From NCBI GenBank assembly GCA_964270895.1, contig OZ185443.1: DNA of 64,000 nucleotides; one strand, given 5' to 3'. Origin of the DNA: Podarcis filfolensis (Eukaryota). This document shows, in pieces, positions 47,801 to 58,992 of the stretch. A program made the position numbers and the translations under genes. The notes under the pieces were generated by a model, which had not been told where the DNA came from, made no database searches, and saw only the letters and a program-made list of their open reading frames with translations. Each line of letters begins with the position of its first letter. The stretch's first letter is position 1.

Positions 47801-48003
47801 TCTGGAGGCTTGTCACCCTGTGTAGAAAGAGGGGTTTCTGAACCCCTTCACATAGAAATCATCTCTATAGTGACAATTTTGGTATATTAAACAGTGGCGT
47901 CCCTGCACAAAAAAAGAAATCAGCTTGAGCTGCTGCCCCATTTCACAGCCAGTGCACAAGTATGTCTATAGACAAATATGTTGATGCTCTCACAAATGTT
48001 GTA

Positions 48004-48229
48004 CAGTGGTACCTCGGGTTAAGTACTTAATTCGTTCTGGAGGTCCATTCTTAACCTGAAACTGTTCTTAACCTGAAGCACCACTTTAGCTAATTGGGCC
48101 TCCTGCTGCCACCGCGCCGCCGGAGCACGATTTCTGTTCTCACCCTGAAGCAAAGTTCTTAATCCGAGGTACTATTTCTGGGTTAGCGGAGTCTGTAACC
48201 TGAAGCGTATGTAACCCGAAGTACCACTG
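48004..48229 (+). mobile_element. Tc1/mariner MITE, copy D
   Basis: TA TSD; TIR CAGTGGTAC(C/T)TCGGGTTA; 226 bp. Confidence 0.93.
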
Positions 48230-49042
48230 TAATGTTCAATGCCAGTGATAGAGGGGAAACTGCTGCATAAAGTGTAAAATGCACCTTATTTATCTCTTTA
48301 TTTTCTTCGTAGAAACTCCATAGAATCTATGAAAGCCTCAATAATGAATAGAAACTGTTTGAAGTTTGCTGCTTTGGAAAGGAGCGCATGCGCAAATGCC
48401 AGCGCTTGTGAAAAAATCGGTTGGCAGGCAATCGACTTAAGAACTCAATATGCATAGCTGAAATACCTTTACGTTTATCTGTAATACACTGTGATTGTGG
48501 CAAACTGTGAACTTTCGAAATTATTCCTAAAGGAATTATATAAGAATATTTTACCTCCCTCCGCCCCGCAACAAAAAATATATATGGAAACACTGAAGTA
48601 TGTATAGTTGGCCTCGCTGAGGGATTTGGCTGCGGAAAGAAACAAAGAAGCAGATGTGGTTCGAGATTTAGGGAAACTTTCTATTAAAATTTAAGCCATT
48701 GTGACAAGCAAAAACAGTTCATAGCCTGGAGGGGAGTAGAAGGTGGCTGAGGTCAAGGAGTCTAGCTCATATATTCTTAAGAGCCTATCTTCAGTATCAT
48801 TTCCCTGACATATGTTTTCTCTTTCATGGGGGTTCTTTCATTCTCTTCAGAGGCTTTGTGCTTTTATCATGTTGTTTTCATTAGATTTATTATTAAAACA
48901 CTACTATCATTACTTAAACGGTTGATCTCAATACAATAGAACTTTGATACAATAGCTTTGTAAGTTTCAAAGGGACACGTTTTGTTCCATAGTCTGCTGC
49001 TCAAGCTGTCTAAAAGAAAAACAGGGGAAGTTTGTCTTATAG

Positions 49043-49164
49043 CAGCCTTTGCCAACCTGGTGCCCTCCAGATGTTTTGGATTGCAACTCCCATAGCTGTG
49101 CTGGCTGGGGCTGATGATAATTGTAGACCAGAACAGCTGGAAGGCACCAGGTGGGCAAATACTG
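49043..49164. mobile_element. Palindromic hAT-type MITE
   Basis: TIRs CAGCCTTTGCCAACCTGG / CCAGGTGGGCAAATACTG; 8-bp TSD TCTTATAG / TCTTATAA (7/8). Confidence 0.8.
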
Positions 49165-49261
49165 TCTTATAAGAACTGCAAAAGGACTATGTTATGACTC
49201 TATACCCTCATATAATTAAGTTACCAAAATAGTATATTGTTATTACTGTATTATTATAATT

Positions 49262-49415
49262 AATTAAATTTGCATACCGTCCCCCGTCCAAAGATCACAG
49301 GGCAGTTCACAACATAAAAATACAAAATGAGAACGCAAAATATGTAATAAAACACAAGGAAACCAATAACCCCCTTCCCACTAACACGTTTAAAAGACCA
49401 TAGAATGTTAATCTC
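49262..49415 (-). mobile_element. L2 3' UTR remnant
   Basis: Resembles the reverse complement of 10100-10250 (ATCACAGGGCAGTTCACAACATAAAAATACAAAATG). Confidence 0.6.
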
Positions 49416-49944
49416 TTAGAAATCATTTAGACATTTCCTGAAAACTGTTATTCAGACAATGTGTTATGCTTTAAAAATATGTTATTGCTGTTGCTTTGAA
49501 ATTAGTGGTGCTGACGGAATACAAAATAATAAAATACCAGTTTTAATAAGAGAAATATGAAAATGTGAATTAAAAAGTACAAGTTCCTCAGACTTCTCAG
49601 TTCTTATCCACTGAAACTAGTAAAACCTTTCTTAGTCAGTTTTGTCTGTTGACAGTTCTTTTTCCACAGTAGTAGGACTGTGGAAGCATTCTCTGTTATG
49701 ATTAATCTAGGTTTGCTATACCATTCATACTAACAGAATAAGACATGCAACAGGTCAATGAATATCTGTCTTTATAATATATATTTTCCCACAGAGATGC
49801 ACACTTGAAACTTATTCTGTGGGCATTTCGGTATTATGGGTCAATCAATTTCCTAATAGACAATTAGCACAGTCCTATACATGTCTACTCAGAAGTAAGT
49901 CCCACTGAGATCAATGATGCTGGCTCCTAAGCAGGTGTGTGCCA

Positions 49945-50084
49945 TACGGATGGAGAACCTGTAGCCCTCCAGATGTTGTTGGACTCCAAATTCCATCATG
50001 CTTGACCACTTGGCCATGCTGGTTGGTGCTGATGGAAAATGAAGTCCAATAACACCTGGAGGACCACAGGTTCCCCCACCCTTG
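49945..50084. mobile_element. Palindromic hAT-type MITE (related copies about 23511-23632 and 47178-47262)
   Basis: GAACCTGTAGCCCTCCAGATGTTGTTGGACT ... AGTCCAATAACACCTGGAGGACCACAGGTTCC; no TSD found. Confidence 0.7.
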
Positions 50085-52025
50085 CAGACTAAAATACATT
50101 GAGAGCATTTTCCAGAGGTTCTCACATGCATGGTATCTGCACACCCATTTCAATAAATTTCCTTGAAATAACTTTGCTCACCAAATCCCTAAACTCTATG
50201 AACTGCCATGATTTTTATTTATTTATTTGGAATTGATGTGAAAATTACTGAAATGAAAAAGCAGGCACATGGTAGACGAAAAGTCATTTCTCCCTAAAGT
50301 AGCTTTCACACCAAACTCCCAAACTTCTTTGGAAAAAGGTGGACAATCAGACCATGGGAGGTACTTTAAGGGATACAAGAAAAATATGCATACATGTTTT
50401 TGAATTGCAGAGTAATTCTTATTCACTCAGAAGTATGAGTTCAATAAGACTTAACTCCTAAGTAAGTGTTATAGAGTTGCAGCCTATGTATTTCCCATGA
50501 ATGTTATAGTTGGAATTGTAATCAGCATGTAATTTTCATTCATTATAAGTGCCAGCGTCAAGAACATGCTCAACTCTCACCTGTTAGGTCTAGTGACAAC
50601 AGTTCAACAGCACCTTCCTATGTGTGTCTACTCAGAAATAATGAAACATACTTCCAAGTTAAGTGTCCATAGGATTGCAACCTGAAATGATTTTGATATA
50701 TTATGTGTATTTCTGCCCTTGTGTGTTTTTTAAAAAAGTTTTGTGATTTTATTGTTGTTATTTTTTATGTTAGTCACTTTGGTTATTTCTTATGAGGCAA
50801 GTTAATACATACGGAAAATGGGACAGATTAATAATACCAGCTATGAAATGTGTCAATATCCCTCACTGCCCAGAAAGACAGACCAACTGGATTTTTTTTA
50901 ATAGAAAAGAGACATTTTCATTAGGTCATATGTAGTATGCGTTGCTACAAGATTTGAATCGCACATAGCTAGATAATCACAGAAGATGAGAACAGATTCC
51001 TCTTCAGTAATGTAATTTTCTATACCAAGTCTCACCACAAAACTTAAATGCCATTTTGTGTATAAAGCAGTAATGAAATAAGGGAACCCTGTACCTCAAA
51101 TGAGCAAAACAAAAAGGAGAACAGCTTCTGGTGTTCAATGATGCAATACTTTTTATTTTAACTTGCTGCATTTAGCAAAACACATTTCAGGAGGTTGAAA
51201 AGCTGCAAGTTACTTAAAATCCAATCAATTCAAGAAGAAGGAGAACAAAGCATAGTTGCATCTTATCATGCACCGAAAGGCCAAGGAAGAGCCATCCTCT
51301 TAAGTAGCTGATGCGGTGAGAGCTCCCCCTTCTGTATTCAACAACGAGAATGGCTAGCCACATTAGGTGTCAAGAAAAAAATAGCTAAAGGATCAAAACT
51401 GTTTCCACAGAAATCAACTATAAAGAACCACATTTCAGAGTGGAATAATTTGTGACCTGGATTCAAATTATTTCACTGTAGTGATAATATTATGCACACA
51501 ATTATGTGATAAAGAACAAATATTTAAATAGAAAGGTTTAAGTTATAGGTGTCAATGGAGCTGAGCATTTTACTATATGAAGCCTTATACTAAATCATGC
51601 CTTTTCCTCTGGCTGGTGGCAGCCTTCTAAGCAGTCAGGGACAGGGATTTCTCCAACCCTGCCACATGAGCTCCTTTGCTAACTGGCAGTGCTGAAGACT
51701 GAACTCAGAACCGTAGACATACAAAACATATGCCCTACCACTGTAACTATATTGCTGTTGAACCTATTGAATTAGCTGGCCAATATAAGTCTAAATGAAT
51801 GAATCTTAAGCATAATGAATGTTCATTGGGTTGGAACTATGAAGAGAAAGAGGAGAGATGTTTTATTAAGAGATCAATTAGCTGGCACTCTCCTTTTAAA
51901 ATATTTGCATACTATTTTATCTTTTAAAATCAAAGGTGGCAAAAGTTGAAGCTGTAGAAAAAGTAATGTAGTGAGTATATCAAAAAGCAAATAGGCAGGC
52001 AATGGTAAATAAAAAGAATTCTAAC

Positions 52026-52227
52026 CTTTATTCCACTTTGAACAAGCTTGTGTATGTCCAGAAATGGCTCCTTGATTAAATCCCCTTCAGGTGTGAAAAT
52101 CTTTACATATCCCTCTTTCTCCAGGATGAACAGGCGCTGTGATCCATCTCCACAATGTGTTGCTCCAACAGGCTGCCTCAGGCCACTTGCAACCTCATGG
52201 ATGCAAAAGCAGTTGTGTTTATGCTTC
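52026..52227 (-). CDS. HHIP: HHIP exon 4 (KHKHNCFCIHEVASGLRQPVGATHCGDGSQRLFILEKEGYVKIFTPEGDLIKEPFLDIHKLVQSGIK)
   Basis: 202 nt; acceptor tttttttaag|G, donor AAG|gttaga. Confidence 0.98.
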
Positions 52228-52752
52228 CTTAAAAAAAGTAATAAAACATCATTTTTGTTATACCTATAGATTACTGCCTCCCTATTTAAAATGTCCTGCA
52301 AGAAAAGCAATTTGCAATAAATCAGAGCATGTGCTACAACAGGCAGTGTCTTGCTCCTACTATTCACATGGTTAGCTGTATTCAGCAGGGCAAGGAAAGG
52401 CAATGTTGGGTATCACATATTTCAATCTGAAGGTGAGGTAGCTTTCAATCTGACAGACTGAGGGCGATGTGACAACATGCCTCAGCTGCTGGCTGCCCAG
52501 TCCCTTGTAAGCCAAATCGCTCACCAATAGTCCAGGACTGCTATGGGAGCTAACAACAGGACTAAGGTCTCCTGATATCTGAGAATCTCTCTCAACTATT
52601 TGGACACAGATACTACCTCCAGGGAGGTGACATCACTCCAGGTGAAGGAAGGAGGTAGAGGACAGCTACAAGTGGGGGTGGGGTTTGAATAGAGAGGCAA
52701 GGAGGGAGCATTTAGAGGTTTTGGTTGGAGATTTTGGCCTAAATTAACTAGA

Positions 52753-53073
52753 TCAAACCTATCAAACCTATCCATTCTTAAGGAAATCAGCCCTGAGTGC
52801 TCACTGGAAGGACAGATCGTGAAGCTGAGGCTCCAATACTTTGGCCACCTCATGAGAAGAGAAGACTCCCTGGAAAAGACCCTGATGTTGGGAAAGATGG
52901 AGGGCACAAGGAGAAGGGGACGACAGAGGACGAGATGGTTGGATAGTGTCTTCGAAGCTACAAACATGAGTCTGACTAAACTGCGGGAGGCAGTGGAAGA
53001 CAGAAGTGCCTGGCGTGCTCTGGTCCATGGGGTCACGAAGAGTCGGACACGACTAAATGACTAAACAACAACA
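52753..53073 (+). mobile_element. 5'-truncated BovB (RTE) LINE
   Basis: Open frame KLRLQYFGHLMRREDSLEKTLMLGKMEGTRRRGRQRTRWLD...WRALVHGVTKSRTRLND; (CAA)n tail; 7-bp TSD AACTAGA (52746-52752 and 53074-53080). Confidence 0.95.
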
Positions 53074-54214
53074 AACTAGAATTGGGGAGGGGACTGCCAC
53101 CTGCTGAATGTGTGGCTTATTTGTATTTGTTGTGCTCTGCTTCAGTGTTCACACACATAGGATTGTGGTGCACACAATGGTAAATGAAAAGTAATGGGCA
53201 GATGCATAACTGACCCATAATCTTACTTAAATGCAACATGTTGTTAATTTCTAAATGCCAACATATTCAAAATTAAATTAAAAACATCACACTATTTGAA
53301 AAAGGACTAGGACTAACTTTTGAAATTGTTACAATTAACAGTAATTATAAACAGAATAAAGCCCAATAGCTTGTAGAGATAATATATACAACAGAATGTA
53401 TAATACATAACATATTATTATTAAATTTTATGCATTATATAATACACTATATATTACAGGATAATATAATACACACCTACATAAATACTATTTACAGATT
53501 TTTTTTCCAGAATTGGAAGAATTAGGGGCAAATATACTTTTATCTGAATTTTAACCTTTTTTTTTTAAAAAAAAGCACAAAGTATTAACCCAAGGGGTCA
53601 ATTGACCATCATGGGGTAGTATAGATGTTAGAATTAAAACTGAACTTGGAAAAAAGAAGAGAGAGACTGAAGCAAATTTATGAAAAAGGAGACTGTCCTT
53701 TCAGCTCAAAACTCATGCTGACCCTAATCTCTCTGTGTTCAAAACACAGGTTAAATTTCCCATTACCCTGGGATGAGTACTAAATACTGAACACATAAGA
53801 ACCCTTCAGCCTGTGGGGGGGGCAGTTAATATTTGCTGCACTAAACTTAAATGATGGAAATCCATTTGGGGTCATAAGTGGATAATGTAGAAGAGGGGCA
53901 AAACAACAACCAGGAGTGGTTAACTGATAAGAAATCAGAGGGGAAAATCAAATTACCAACAATTAAATTTAGATAACATTTCAGATAACACATCTGCAAT
54001 GTATTTGATTCAGAATGAAGTCAATGAATCATTAGTAAAGTACGTATTACACAAGAATTCAATACATTATAAAGAATGGACTGCTAACAACAGCAAGAGA
54101 AGGCAACATCTGGATGACACAGCTGGGAAGCATAAGCAAAGACTGACTCAACTCAATGTCAACTACAAAGATTTGTCAGATTTTTTAGATTAAGCAGTAT
54201 TTATCTTTATGAAC

Positions 54215-54371
54215 CTGCTGATATCTTCTACTCTGCCATATTCGTCCATCTGGTCCAAATAGTTAGAAGCTGGTCCTCGAACTTGTTTTCTTGGAAAATC
54301 TGGAAAGCACAAGCCACCATCTTTTCTTGTATAATAGAAGCAAAAATCATCTGCTGTAGTTTGGAGGAAAC
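54215..54371 (-). CDS. HHIP: HHIP exon 3 (GFLQTTADDFCFYYTRKDGGLCFPDFPRKQVRGPASNYLDQMDEYGRVEDISR)
   Basis: 157 nt; acceptor ttttaaag|GT, donor AG|gttcat. Confidence 0.98.
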
Positions 54372-55187
54372 CTTTAAAAGTGAAGGAAAAAATGTTTAGC
54401 TTATTAATGAATATTGATATTTTGTTCATAAATATACAAATAGCCTTTGTATAGACTAAAAAGGAGAATTTTTAAAAAATGCCTCTCATCTTGCAAAAGA
54501 CTCTCTTTAATATGGACAAATAAAAACAAACAAATCTTCTTGTGGCTTATTATCAGACAGTTCAGCAGTACAATGAATGATCTCAAATACTTAAGAAATT
54601 AACAGATAAATTAATGAATTGTATTTAAAGCTAGTCCTACTCAGAGTAGTCCTACTGAAATTAATGGGTCCAAGTTAGTCATGTCTATTAATTACAATGG
54701 CTCAACTCTGAGTATCAATAATCCAATGTTTCCATTTTAGGAATTAGACTGATCAAAGAATCTACAAACAGAAACTTTAAAATATTATTGCATGCAAACA
54801 TCTTATATACCGTTATTGTGTTTTTTTTAAAAAAAGAATGTAATATTGATTTTCATTTGTATTTTCATTCTGCTACCTATTTTACAAATGATTGTTGAAA
54901 AAGGCCCATCAGTGTAAAAACCAAGGGCAAACAGCAAGAGAATTTATGATACAGTAAAACGTCATGGCATATGAATGCCTTAGCAATTCTTAAAGCCACT
55001 TAGATAACACCAATGAAGACAACAGAGCCATTCACAGCAGTCACTAAAATCCATAACTATTGCTCTATTTCTCCAGTAGCTCCACCTTTAAATTCCAAAA
55101 CACTCCACAGTAGAAAACAGAGAAGCAGAGCAGCTGGGCAGCCACAAAAATTACCAACTCTGGTCTAGTCACTATCTCATAGCCTAA

Positions 55188-55276
55188 CAGTGCAATCCTA
55201 ACCGTGCCTGTAAGAAGTAAATCCTACTGAATTCAGTGGGGCTTACTCCCAAGTAGGTATGGTTAGGCTTGCAGCC
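55188..55276. mobile_element. About 90-bp palindromic MITE (Harbinger-like)
   Basis: TAA on both flanks; termini CAGTGCAATCCTAACC / GGTTAGGCTTGCAGCC; dyad CCTACTGAATTCAGTGGG. Confidence 0.65.
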
Positions 55277-56277
55277 TAATTTACCTCACTTTATTTTGAG
55301 GATAAAAGAGACGGCAAGTACGCCCCCCTAAAAGCTTTGGTGGTAAAGTGGGTAAAATGTATTTTTTTAAAAAAATAACCTGCTAAACATTTAGCTCAAA
55401 GCATTTAATATGCATGGGTTTGTGTCAAACATTTGTTACAAGTTTATTTTTCTTGATTGGTGACTGCATATTTGCAGTGAAACACCATCTCATGAATAAA
55501 TAGATCAAGAAAGAATCTGATTAGAAGACATGCCAAAAACTCAGAATTAGAGTCAACATTGAATAAACCACACCACAGTGCTAATGTATTTACAAACATA
55601 ATTTACAGAAACAATTAATGGCAGGATATCCAATATCAAAACAACAATAAGGCACAGTCAGTGTGGTCTCATAATACAACTGACTGACTGAGATGGAGTT
55701 ATACTTCTACCCAGTTTGCTGAATGACAACTTTATATGGATTCATTATGTTTCAGCTTTTCGGCCCATCTATGGTTTCTCATTTGCCATTCATAGGAATC
55801 TAATCCAGATGAATTTTCATTTTACCCAATAATACCAAGCTCAATCTCCCTGCAGAACTCATATTTCCATCTACCTATGTGGAAATTGTTTGCCCCTTAA
55901 TGTTCTCCTCTCTTCATCTCCCTTTCATTATGAACATGTACTTCTGAACTGTATCTATATGGCCAATGAATTCTGTGTTTGAGGTGATCCCTCTTCAGCA
56001 GCAGGTCACGTCCTCCCATACACATAAAATACATGGCTTTCCCTCATGAATCCTTGCAACTGTACTTTGTTAATGGTGCTTGGAATTGTAGTTCTGAAAC
56101 TACAGTTCCCAGGATTCTTTGTGGGAAGCCATGTGCTTTGCATATATGGTGTGGATGTGACCTCACAGACAGAAATTGAGGTAAATTGCCCACATCCTGC
56201 TTATCCACCTGTTTCTATAGATTCCCCTTGTCAATCTCAGGGTCCATCCAGTGTCACAGGAAGTCACAAAGCACCTT

Positions 56278-56472
56278 AGCCAGTATGGCACAGTGATTAG
56301 AGTGTTAGACTAGGACCTGGGCAAAACCAGGGTTCAAATCCCCTGGGGTGACTTTGGGCCAGTCAATATTTCATAGCCTAACTTCCCTTCATAGGGTTGT
56401 TGTGAGATAAAAATGGAGCTGGGAACTATGTATGCCACCTTGAGCTTCTTGGAGGAAAGTTGGCATAAAAAT
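56278..56472 (+). mobile_element. Old Ther1/MIR-type SINE
   Basis: AGCCAGTATGGCACAGTG (A-box), GGGTTCAAATCCC (B-box), GGGTGACTTTGGGCCAGTCA and AGGGTTGTTGTGAGATAAA (CORE). Confidence 0.75.
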
Positions 56473-58148
56473 ACAATAATAAAGAAGCAAAGCCTACTGC
56501 CTTTTCAAGATCTTGACTCCCTCATTCTTAGATTTCTGCTTCTCCTACTCTTTCTGCTCACAATCCCTCTAGCGTCACAAAACAAATCAGCCAAGCACAG
56601 ACTAAGGCTCTTCCTAGTACCCTGTTCTACTAAGACATTAAGGGAGTTCATCCAGTAATGGCTAGAGACTTCACCAAGACACCACTTCCAGCACTAAAGT
56701 CCCCTAGTGCTTGATAGATAAGGATGCTTAGGCTTCACTCACTGATATGGATATGCAAATATTTGAGTTACTTCATCACAGATAGAACCATGAAAATGTG
56801 ATGCAGACAAAGTCCAGGGCACCCTGTCTGGAAGGTGGCCATGTTTATGCCTCTTATCCCAGAGGCACAATACAACATCTACTCTTCTTCGTAAGAAAAA
56901 CAAACACGATACTAGACAGCAAACCAAGCCACAGCTCTGAGGAAACATGAGGATTTGGATACACTAAAACCAGTCCTGAAATGAAATTGACAGAGTGTGG
57001 CATCCAAGTGAGTCCGCTAGTGTAAGGACTTTGGACAATGCAGATGAATTTCTGCTCCCTCTCCTCTCCCAGTATGCTCCCTAAATCTGCTATGGGTTTA
57101 CCCATAACCCTCTAGAGCAGATCTGGGGAGGGCACAGGGGCACATGGGGAAAGGGGTGGAAAGGAAGTTCACTGTGCAAACAGAAATACTAGGAAAAAGT
57201 ACTTAGTTATGCACCACTCAGAGTTTCCAAAGGCATTCAGGAATGTATCTCCACTTGCAGAATGCAACTGGTACTCTGCAGTACTAAGGTAAGCTTATAA
57301 TTGAACGGTGATGAACTCCATCTCCTCTCACTGGATTCTTAACTTTTTCTACTGCCACTGGACAGTGATGCATTCCCATAAGTGCTTGTCATATTTTCAT
57401 ATTTCATATTTTCTAGCTCAACTAGAAAAGAAGGGTTTAAATGTGTATTGCTTATGCATTTGGAACATGTAGGGAAGAGGGGGCACCTGCGGGTATAGGG
57501 AATAATAGAACAAGCTATATTCCCTTGATTCACCCAGTTTTTAAAAAAATGCCTACATTTAAAAATGGGAATGTTAACATAACTTTATAGGTAACAAAAA
57601 CAAATATACAAAATTAAAATGGCATTCCAACCCCTCTTCCAAGTAAGTTTCCACTGAAAATTGAATCTGAACCTGAGTTCAAAGGACTTTTTTTTTTTTA
57701 CCTTTTCTGGTGATAATGCATTTTTATGACAAATATTGGTTTGTGACTGGTAGAATCAGTTGTGGGGTGCTTTGATCCTTTGCACTCTAATTCAGTGTCC
57801 TTTATAAGCCTATTTATTCCTGGTTAATGTTTCTAAGTTATTCTCAAAGCCTGCCATGATTTTGTGACATTTTGGTTCGTCCTGTTGCCCAATTATGAAG
57901 TTTGGATTTTCTTCTTCTCATGGGCCAACACAGCTACATTTCCATTTTGAGATATAACAGGCTGTTGTAAAATTTCCTTTTGTTTCCCATTCTCAGGAAA
58001 GCAATAAATGTCAGCTGAATAAAGCCAGGTACTAAAAAAATTCTTTATACATATTTCTTATGGATTCAGCTGTTAGGAAGCAACACCAAAGAGTCCTATG
58101 ACAGCTTAAAGGTGAACAGGCATAAGCTTTTGCTCACTAGAGATTTTA

Positions 58149-58233
58149 GGTTGCAATCCTAACCTTACATGGTAAAAAGCCCCAGGAATTCAATAGGACT
58201 TACTTGTGAGTAGACATGGTTAGGTTTGCTGCC
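58149..58233. mobile_element. About 85-bp palindromic MITE (Harbinger-like)
   Basis: TTA on both flanks; termini GGTTGCAATCCTAACC / GGTTAGGTTTGCTGCC. Confidence 0.65.
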
Positions 58234-58721
58234 TTAAGGCAATGGAAGTTTATGCCATAAATCAATTTGTTACTCTTGTTGTTTTTGCTGAAGAAGACTA
58301 CTCCTCTGGCAATTGTTACAGATCTTAGAAAGAGATGCAAATATCAAATAAACTGAAATCTATATGTGTTTTCTGTTAAAAATTGCTCCTCTCCCCGGTT
58401 TTAATATCACAGAACTATAGAATTGAGCCATCAGTTATTTGTCCCAGAAACAGAAACTAAACCTCAGCACACCACTTTCAGGAACCATTGAATGATCACT
58501 CTGCCAAACAAATCAGTTAACTTGGTTGGACATGGGTGTATTTTTTTATTTATTTATTGTCCTTGTGGCCCACTTTCAGAACAAGTCTTTATAATGATTA
58601 TTAGCATCTGATTGATGTAGGAAAAATCCTACTCTAGCTGATGCTACAGCATGTAAGCCATTTCCTCCAAAGCCCAGTGCTTAAAAGTTATGTTTTCATC
58701 TGGTTATCTTTCAAGGCAACC

Positions 58722-58730
58722 TGGGTGGTC
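58722..58730 (-). promoter_or_regulatory. Perfect GLI consensus (GACCACCCA) in intron 2
   Basis: TGGGTGGTC read directly; function not shown. Confidence 0.4.
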
Positions 58731-58959
58731 ACAAAAAGCACTTGACATCTTGATGCACTTCAGCAGTTTTACATATACACAAGCTCTGTAGGAAAATAAA
58801 TTTGTCATTCGTCACCACATATGTTGATCTAGGGAGTGAGGCTCTTTCGACTCCAGCTCCTGTGCAGCTCAGATCGCCCTCTCTCCACCTCCTTTAGCAT
58901 TTAGCATCTTATTCTTTTCATAGCGTGAAAGAAAATTTTCCTCAGAAACAATGACTTTT

Positions 58960-58962
<3 letters not shown>

Positions 58963-58990
<28 letters not shown>
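58963..58990. repeat. (AC)n microsatellite
   Basis: Read directly. Confidence 0.95.

Positions 58991-58992
<2 letters not shown>

Noticed and set aside
52596-53064. 146-aa and 81-aa ORFs
   Set aside because: They are the BovB 3' fragment in its antisense and sense frames.
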